The position numbers were made by a program, and so were the translations under genes. A DNA stretch of 32,000 nucleotides, taken from contig OZ246409.1 in assembly GCA_965231035.1 (NCBI GenBank), positions 463,041-495,040 on the forward strand, read 5' to 3'. Shown one piece after another: positions 25,025-32,000 of the stretch. Within the stretch, counting starts at the first letter, position 1. The number at the start of each line of letters is the position of its first letter. Under the pieces are notes generated by a model, which was not told the DNA's origin, did not search any database, and saw only the letters and a program-made list of their open reading frames with translations. The DNA comes from an uncultured Muribaculaceae bacterium. GTDB lineage: Bacteria; Pseudomonadota; Alphaproteobacteria; Rs-D84.

Positions 25025-26779
25025 TTAGTTCTTTTTTCTGACTTGGATATGAACCTCGCGCAGTTGTTTTTCTGTAACTTCGCGTGGGGCACCCAACATC
25101 AAATCTTGGCCACGTTGATTAGTTGGGAACAATACAACCTCGCGCAGATTTTCTGCCCCAGACAGCAACATTACCAATCTGTCGATTCCAAATGCACATC
25201 CGCCATGTGGTGGTGCACCATACTGGAACGCAGCATACATTCCGCCAAACTTTTCTTTGACCACATCTTCGCCATATCCTGCAATTGCAAAAGCTTTTAC
25301 CATTGTTTCAGGATTATAGTTGCGAAGACCACCACTGCATATTTCATTTCCATTCAAAACCATATCAAATTGATTTGCTTTGATTGTCAATGGGTCGCCA
25401 TCTAATGAACCCTTGGGCAAGCTGAATGGGTTATGTCCAAAATCAATTGTGCCGGTCTCTTCATTTAATTCGTACATTGGGAAATCTTCGACCCAACATA
25501 ATCTGAATTCCTTTGGATCAATCAGATTCAAATCTTCACCCAACTTGTTACGCAATTTTCCTGCTGCTTTGGCTGCGATTTCAGCTTTGTCACATACAAA
25601 GAACAAAGATGCATTGTCACCTGCAATTTTGCGCAATTTTGCAATACGATCTGCATCTAATTTCTTTGCGACTGGACCTTTGGCCTCTTCTGCAAAAATT
25701 ATATATCCTAATCCGCCAAGTCCCAGCTCTTTGGTTGCAAACTCACCCAGCTTGTCAAACCAAGAACGTGGCTGTGAAGCAGAATTTGGTGCAGGGATTG
25801 CGCGAACAACACTGCCACCTGCAACTGCATCAGCAAAGATTCCAAAATCAGACCCACGGAATATTTCAGTAACATCAGAAATTTCAATCGGGTTACGCAA
25901 ATCTGGTTTATCAGACCCATATTTCAACATTGCAGTATCAAATGGTATATGTGGTATTTCAGAACCGATTTTAGCGTCTGGGGCAAACTTTCTTATCATT
26001 TCAGGTATAATTTCATCACCAACAGCCTGGATATCGCGCAGATCAACAAATGACATTTCCAAATCCAATTGATAAAATTCCAATAATCTGTCTGCACGCA
26101 AATCTTCATCACGGAAACATGGCGCAATCTGAAAATAGCGATCAAATCCAGAAATCTGAATCAACTGTTTGAACTGCTGTGGGGCCTGAGGTAACGCATA
26201 GAACATCCCATGATGATAACGGCTGGGGACGATATAATCGCGTGCACCTTCTGGGCTGCTGACGGTCAAAATAGGCGTTTGGAATTCTGAAAATCCCATA
26301 TCCCACATTTTATCACGCAAGAATTTTATAACACTGTTACGGAACAATATATTTTTATGTAGTGATTCACGACGCAAATCAATATAACGGTATTTCAAAC
26401 GCAAGTCTTCGCTGACACTGCCATCGTCACCAAATACTTGGAAAGGCAAAACATCTGAATTGGTTAAAATTTCCCATGCGCTTGATTGGACTTCAATACT
26501 GCCGGTTGGAATTTTATCATTCACTGCTGATTTTTCGCGGGCTACAACCGTTCCAGTAACCATAATTACAGATTCAGGACGCAATTTTTCCAAATTCGCA
26601 TCGCCACCATTAAATACAATTTGTGTAATTCCATAGTTATCACGCAGGTCAATAAACAACAAAGACCCATGGTCGCGTTTACGATGAACCCAACCTGATA
26701 AAACAACTGTTTCACCAACATTTTTTGTGTTCAGTTCACCACAAGTATGTGTACGATATTTAGATTTTAATGATAGCAT
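25025..26779 (-). CDS. aspS: Aspartate--tRNA ligase
   Basis: 584 aa bacterial-type AspRS. It has an N-terminal OB fold, FYALPQAPQQFKQL (the QSPQLFKQ equivalent) and class II motifs (FRDEDLRADR, GNEICSGGLR, PPHGGCAFGIDR). Confidence 0.95.
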   Translation of the reverse strand: MLSLKSKYRTHTCGELNTKNVGETVVLSGWVHRKRDHGSLLFIDLRDNYGITQIVFNGGDANLEKLRPESVIMVTGTVVAREKSAVNDKIPTGSIEVQSSAWEILTNSDVLPFQVFGDDGSVSEDLRLKYRYIDLRRESLHKNILFRNSVIKFLRDKMWDMGFSEFQTPILTVSSPEGARDYIVPSRYHHGMFYALPQAPQQFKQLIQISGFDRYFQIAPCFRDEDLRADRLLEFYQLDLEMSFVDLRDIQAVGDEIIPEMIRKFAPDAKIGSEIPHIPFDTAMLKYGSDKPDLRNPIEISDVTEIFRGSDFGIFADAVAGGSVVRAIPAPNSASQPRSWFDKLGEFATKELGLGGLGYIIFAEEAKGPVAKKLDADRIAKLRKIAGDNASLFFVCDKAEIAAKAAGKLRNKLGEDLNLIDPKEFRLCWVEDFPMYELNEETGTIDFGHNPFSLPKGSLDGDPLTIKANQFDMVLNGNEICSGGLRNYNPETMVKAFAIAGYGEDVVKEKFGGMYAAFQYGAPPHGGCAFGIDRLVMLLSGAENLREVVLFPTNQRGQDLMLGAPREVTEKQLREVHIQVRKKN

Positions 26780-26925
26780 TTTGACACCCTTTTTTATTCA
26801 TGATTCTGATTTCATATTTATGAAACCACAGGGGCGGTAATCAACCGCGGTGCCACCCTGGCTTGTAACTTTATTTAAGTTTTCTGTTCTGCTCGCCGGT
26901 CGTTAATCGGGTCAACGCTGAACAC
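26780..26925 (-). promoter_or_regulatory. T-box leader (tRNA-sensing riboswitch) of aspS, minimal format
   Basis: Minus strand 26860..26829 reads CAGGG-UGGCACC-GCGG-UUGAUUA-CCGC-CCCUG, the canonical antiterminator. The conserved core AGGGUGGNACCGCG is fully matched, and N=C fits discriminator G73 of tRNA-Asp. Upstream are a hairpin with GAC/GAU codons and a Stem III-like hairpin. The SD AAGGGUG can pair with the antiterminator 3' strand. Confidence 0.75.
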
Positions 26926-26931
26926 ATTTGG

Positions 26932-26959
26932 ATTTTACATCTATTTTTGTTAAATTCAA
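26932..26959 (-). promoter_or_regulatory. Putative sigma70 promoter for the aspS T-box leader
   Basis: Minus strand reads TTGAAT (26959..26954), 16 nt spacer, TAAAAT (26937..26932). The predicted start near 26925 coincides with the base of the first leader helix. Confidence 0.5.
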
Positions 26960-26971
26960 GGGATTATTTAA

Positions 26972-27045
26972 TGGTGCCCGCAGCAAGAATCGGACTTGCG
27001 CCTCGTCCTTACCAAGGACGTGTTCTACCACTATACTATGCGGGC
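26972..27045 (-). tRNA. tRNA-Thr (anticodon GGT)
   Basis: Hand-folded. Acceptor is GCCCGCA/TGCGGGC, anticodon arm CGTCC-TTGGTAA-GGACG, T arm GCAAG-TCCGATT-CTTGC, with an encoded CCA. The T-loop has C rather than U at position 55. Confidence 0.75.
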
Positions 27046-27055
27046 AATGGAAATG

Positions 27056-27083
27056 ATTATACATTCAGATTACTAAAAATCAA
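27056..27083 (-). promoter_or_regulatory. Putative sigma70 promoter for tRNA-Thr
   Basis: Minus strand reads TTGATT (27083..27078), 16 nt spacer, TATAAT (27061..27056), 10 nt before the tRNA 5' end. It closely resembles the tRNA(CAT) promoter. Confidence 0.55.
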
Positions 27084-27100
27084 TTGTTTTGTGAAAATTC

Positions 27101-27128
27101 AAAAAATAAAACCAGGATAAACCTGGTT
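27101..27128 (-). terminator. Rho-independent terminator after tRNA(CAT)
   Basis: Minus strand reads AACCAGG-uuuau-CCUGGUU followed by UUUAUUUUUU. Confidence 0.65.
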
Positions 27129-27134
27129 AAAATC

Positions 27135-27209
27135 TGGTAGCGGGTGAGGGATTTGAACCCCCGACCAAAGGATTATGATTCCTGTGCTCTACCACTGAGC
27201 TAACCCGCC
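27135..27209 (-). tRNA. tRNA with CAT anticodon (elongator Met or lysidine-type Ile2; cannot be distinguished by eye)
   Basis: Hand-folded. D arm is GCTC-AGTGGTA-GAGC, anticodon loop ATCATAA, variable TGGTC, T arm GGGGG-TTCAAAT-CCCTC, with an encoded CCA. There is a G1:U72 wobble. The variable and T-loop regions resemble E. coli ileX as I recall it. Confidence 0.75.
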
Positions 27210-27219
27210 AACAGGGCGC

Positions 27220-27247
27220 ATTATAACATTCAAAAATTAAAAATCAA
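27220..27247 (-). promoter_or_regulatory. Putative sigma70 promoter for tRNA(CAT)
   Basis: Minus strand reads TTGATT (27247..27242), 16 nt spacer, TATAAT (27225..27220), 10 nt before the tRNA 5' end. Confidence 0.55.
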
Positions 27248-27264
27248 TTATGAATTTATACTAT

Positions 27265-27293
27265 TTGTTTTGTTATCTAAAAAAAGATATAAT
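27265..27293 (+). promoter_or_regulatory. Putative promoter giving a leaderless mRNA for the PagL-like gene
   Basis: TTGTTT (27265..27270), 17 nt spacer, TATAAT (27288..27293). There are 7 nt to the ATG at 27301 and no SD. Confidence 0.4.
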
Positions 27294-27300
27294 TACCCAT

Positions 27301-27888
27301 ATGAAGAATTATATTTTCGCATTTTTACCACTTTTTATACTGGTATCACCAGCAATTGCTGATGATAACCCGTTTTTTGGAACCGCACGTAACCAAATTG
27401 CTGTGAATATCGGTCAGGGTTTTAATTCATTCAGTTTGATACCAACACCTGATATGCCAGTACCATTTAATATGATACAAATTCAGTATTCACAACCAAC
27501 AGAATTCTTTCGTATGCCAGCCAGACGTTCGTTGAACGCAATTCAAACTATTGGTTATGGTAAGAAATATCAGTATACCGATTATGTTAAAACATTTGAA
27601 TGGGATTGGACAAAGTATTCTGAACAAATCGCCTTGTTGTCCGAAGATGTTATACTTTACAACACAACCAAGTTTTACTTTGGTGCTGGACTGGCCGTTG
27701 GTATCCAGGGTCAGGAAAACGAACGCGAAGGAACAAAATTTTTAACCGGATTTAAACTGCTTGCCGGATATAAGATTTCGGAAAAATTTAATTCAGAATT
27801 GTTTATGCAACATTTTTCAAACGGCAGCACTGATCCACAAAATTATTCTTATAATTTCTGGGGTTTGGGGGTTTCTTATAATTTCTAA
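27301..27888 (+). CDS. Outer-membrane beta-barrel protein, PagL-like lipid A deacylase / acyloxyacyl hydrolase family
   Basis: Signal peptide MKNYIFAFLPLFILVSPAIA, C-terminal aromatic residue (..GLGVSYNF), and a MQHFSNGS motif resembling the PagL H-x-S catalytic pair. I chose the start at 27301 rather than 27250 because of the signal peptide. Confidence 0.55.
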   Translation: MKNYIFAFLPLFILVSPAIADDNPFFGTARNQIAVNIGQGFNSFSLIPTPDMPVPFNMIQIQYSQPTEFFRMPARRSLNAIQTIGYGKKYQYTDYVKTFEWDWTKYSEQIALLSEDVILYNTTKFYFGAGLAVGIQGQENEREGTKFLTGFKLLAGYKISEKFNSELFMQHFSNGSTDPQNYSYNFWGLGVSYNF

Positions 27889-28551
27889 TTACCAATTTAT
27901 TGGACTTGAACCATTTTTAACTAAATATTCGTTTGTACGTGAAAATTGATGATTACCAAAGAATCCGCGATGTGCAGATAATGGCGATGGATGAACACTT
28001 TTTAATATTAGATTTTCAGAAGTATTTACAAATTCTGCTTTTTTCTGGGCATAACTTCCCCACAACAAATAAACAATGTTTTTACGTGTTGTCAGCGCAC
28101 TAATTACCGCGTCTGTAAATTGCTCCCACCCCTTACCTGCATGAGAAGCCGCTGTATGTGCCTGAACAGTCAAAGTTGAATTCAACAATAATACGCCCTG
28201 CTCGGCCCATTTTGTTAAATCGCCATTTGTTATACTTTTTCGACCCAGATCGTTTTCAATTTCTTTATAAATATTTATTAATGACGGTGGAAGTTTTATG
28301 CCATCTTGGACTGAAAAACAAAGGCCGTGAGCTTGCCTCGGTTCATGATATGGATCTTGCCCAATTATTACAACCCTAACTTTATCAAATGGGCATAAAT
28401 TAAAAGCGTTGAACACGTTTGCTGGTGCCGGATAGACGGTTTTACCAGATAAATATTCAGAGCGTACAAAATCAGTTAATTTGATAAAATAATCTTTATC
28501 AAATTCCGCACCCAACACCTGTTTCCAAGATTCTTCAATTTTTACATTCAT
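27889..28551 (-). CDS. ung: Uracil-DNA glycosylase (family 1)
   Basis: GQDPYH water-activating motif, the HPSPLSA leucine-intercalation loop and LLLN. Length is 220 aa. The start overlaps the upstream stop (ATGA). Confidence 0.93.
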   Translation of the reverse strand: MNVKIEESWKQVLGAEFDKDYFIKLTDFVRSEYLSGKTVYPAPANVFNAFNLCPFDKVRVVIIGQDPYHEPRQAHGLCFSVQDGIKLPPSLINIYKEIENDLGRKSITNGDLTKWAEQGVLLLNSTLTVQAHTAASHAGKGWEQFTDAVISALTTRKNIVYLLWGSYAQKKAEFVNTSENLILKSVHPSPLSAHRGFFGNHQFSRTNEYLVKNGSSPINW

Positions 28552-28889
28552 GTCAAATTTTCAACCTTGTTTTTTAATATTTTATATCTTTCTATTGTTT
28601 CTTTATCATGAAAGTTTCTTTTTATAAAAATAGAATTTTCATAATTTACTGTTTCTGTAAATTGATCTTTTGTTGAATCTATTATTTCTCCATCTATAAA
28701 ATTAAAGAAGTGAGATACACCATTAACTTTTATTTTTCTTATTTCTCCACCAAATTTATCTTGAATACATAATGCTGAAACAGAACATTGTCCTGTTGAT
28801 TTTGGTTCTCTTTTATCATTATAAAGAGATGTTTCCGCAGACCAACACTTTGAAAGTTTTTCAATAAACTTTATAATATCTTTATTCAT
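28548..28889 (-). CDS. YunG-like uncharacterised protein
   Basis: The CWSAETS....STGQCSVSALCIQDKFGGEI pattern recalls the B. subtilis YunG family (from memory). The start is set at ATG 28889, which forms an ATGA overlap with the upstream stop. The ORF-track start at 28922 would overlap by 37 nt. Confidence 0.45.
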   Translation of the reverse strand: MNKDIIKFIEKLSKCWSAETSLYNDKREPKSTGQCSVSALCIQDKFGGEIRKIKVNGVSHFFNFIDGEIIDSTKDQFTETVNYENSIFIKRNFHDKETIERYKILKNKVENLT

Positions 28890-29539
28890 AATTTTATGTA
28901 TCCATTCTGACAGGCCTTCCACAGGACAACATCAATATACCCGCGTGGCAGACCAGTTTCAGATTCAAGAAAAGAAAACATATTATCGCAAACTGATTTT
29001 ATTTCTGGGTTTAGTTTTCCGTTATCTATTTTATCGTTTAGATTAAAGTCCCCACTGTGTAGCACGCCCAGCCTTTGAATCCAAATATCATATTTTACAA
29101 CATTTTCACCCAGGTTTCTTGCCAGATGATTTGCAGTAATTTTTCCAATATGTGGTAACGATGTTAAAAATGTAATTTTTGAATCCAGATCAGAAATTGA
29201 ATAATAATCATTTCTGTATTTTTCGCGATTCTGCCAAATTTTTAAAATCGCACCTGTCTTATTTTTGTTATTAAAGATTTTTAATAAATCTTCATGATTC
29301 GCTAAAATACCGGCTTTTTTGATATAATTTATAATTTCGGCATGTTTTCTTTTGGCAGTTTTTTGTGAAAAACCCCCAGCCAAAATTACATAGGCAACCA
29401 TTTCTGCAAATTCATCCGGGGACAGTATTTTTTTGTTCACAAGATTGGCTTTGATTTCATCAAATGAACTTGAATCCGAATCCAAACCTGCTGCACGCAG
29501 ATTTTTTTCTAATTCAAAAAACCAATCGCGTGTGAACAT
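28886..29539 (-). CDS. HhH-GPD superfamily DNA glycosylase-like protein (MagIII/EndoIII-like, no Fe-S motif seen)
   Basis: The helix-hairpin-helix plus catalytic Asp arrangement LTSLPHIGKITANHLARNLGENVVKYDIWIQRLG parallels L.G(I/V)GxKTA...vvDxh..R of the Nth/MagIII family. Length is ~217 aa. ATG 29539 overlaps the upstream TGA by 1 nt. Confidence 0.5.
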   Translation of the reverse strand: MFTRDWFFELEKNLRAAGLDSDSSSFDEIKANLVNKKILSPDEFAEMVAYVILAGGFSQKTAKRKHAEIINYIKKAGILANHEDLLKIFNNKNKTGAILKIWQNREKYRNDYYSISDLDSKITFLTSLPHIGKITANHLARNLGENVVKYDIWIQRLGVLHSGDFNLNDKIDNGKLNPEIKSVCDNMFSFLESETGLPRGYIDVVLWKACQNGYIKL

Positions 29540-29838
29540 CAAGACTCTTTCCAGCTTTCTATTTTTTCAGACCATTTATCTGGCATTTTATTATCAAGGT
29601 AATTCCAAATCTCTTTATCAGAAAAGTTATAAATCTTTTTTATGAATTCCAACATAATATAAACATCTGCTGTTTCTTCAAAAATATCTTTTATGTTATC
29701 TTTTCCTCTATAAATATTTTTCATAAGTTCTGCTGTTAATTCATTGCACTCTACAATTGTGCCTATTACAGCAAAATCTTTACCTTTATATTTTAAAATA
29801 TCATTAAGTATTTGTTCTGTTTTTTTATTCATAAACAA
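29539..29838 (-). CDS. MazG-like all-alpha nucleoside triphosphate pyrophosphohydrolase
   Basis: 99 aa with an ExxE...ExxD metal-binding pattern (VECNELTAEL ... FEETADVYIML) typical of small MazG-type NTP-PPases. It lies 12 nt downstream of the gyrB stop. Confidence 0.5.
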   Translation of the reverse strand: MFMNKKTEQILNDILKYKGKDFAVIGTIVECNELTAELMKNIYRGKDNIKDIFEETADVYIMLEFIKKIYNFSDKEIWNYLDNKMPDKWSEKIESWKES

Positions 29839-29850
29839 ACCTTTTATATC

Positions 29851-32000
<2,150 letters not shown>

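Noticed and set aside
25380-26072. 230-aa plus-strand ORF, with the similar ORFs at 25043..25405 and 25513..25872
   Set aside because: It lies entirely antisense to the strongly supported aspS gene. It is a low-complexity Ser/Pro/Ala-rich translation typical of a shadow ORF. The same reasoning rejects the other antisense ORFs inside ruvC, yebC, mnmE, the fadD-like gene, addB, rsmI, the lpoA-like gene, lolD, lolC, uvrB, the asmA-like gene and gyrB.
27135-29850. Possible genomic island integrated at tRNA(CAT), covering the PagL-like gene and the ung module
   Set aside because: There is no integrase, and I could find no direct repeat of the tRNA 3' end. The tRNA 3' end points away from this segment. 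The module is translationally and positionally tied to gyrB. The lower GC of three of the genes is kept as an observation only.

Overview
AT-rich, very tightly packed chromosomal window from a Gram-negative bacterium. Many gene pairs have ATGA or TGATG start/stop overlaps, and two convergent pairs share a TTAA stop. The gene content is alpha-type AddB, LolD plus a single LolC/E-type permease, a divergent RsmI/LpoA-like pair, MltA, AsmA-like, a PagL-like OMP and long-form GyrB. This points to a Proteobacterium, most likely an AT-rich alphaproteobacterium (inference only). I call about 30 protein genes, almost all housekeeping: DNA repair/recombination (ruvC, ruvA, xthA, addB, uvrB, ung, gyrB), translation/tRNA modification (mnmE, rsmI, tsaE, engB, aspS), and envelope/division (mltA, lolCD, ftsQ, ftsA, asmA-like, pagL-like). 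I also call 4 minus-strand tRNAs (Tyr-GTA, Gly-TCC, Thr-GGT, CAT), several near-consensus sigma70 promoters and four hairpin terminators. I see no transposase, integrase, CRISPR array, toxin-antitoxin pair or recognisable defence system, so this is not an obvious accessory island. Four things deserve a second look. (1) A textbook T-box antiterminator core with a UGGC bulge lies directly upstream of aspS, in a minimal, apparently SD-sequestering format that is unexpected for this kind of genome. (2) One continuous ORF fuses a complete FtsA, including its C-terminal amphipathic helix, to a complete ribulose-phosphate 3-epimerase. (3) An orphan secretin-like lipoprotein plus a small acidic protein appear co-transcribed with lolC/lolD. 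(4) A translationally coupled four-gene module (MazG-like, HhH-GPD glycosylase-like, YunG-like, Ung) is appended to gyrB. All family assignments come from motif recognition by eye. No searches were run.
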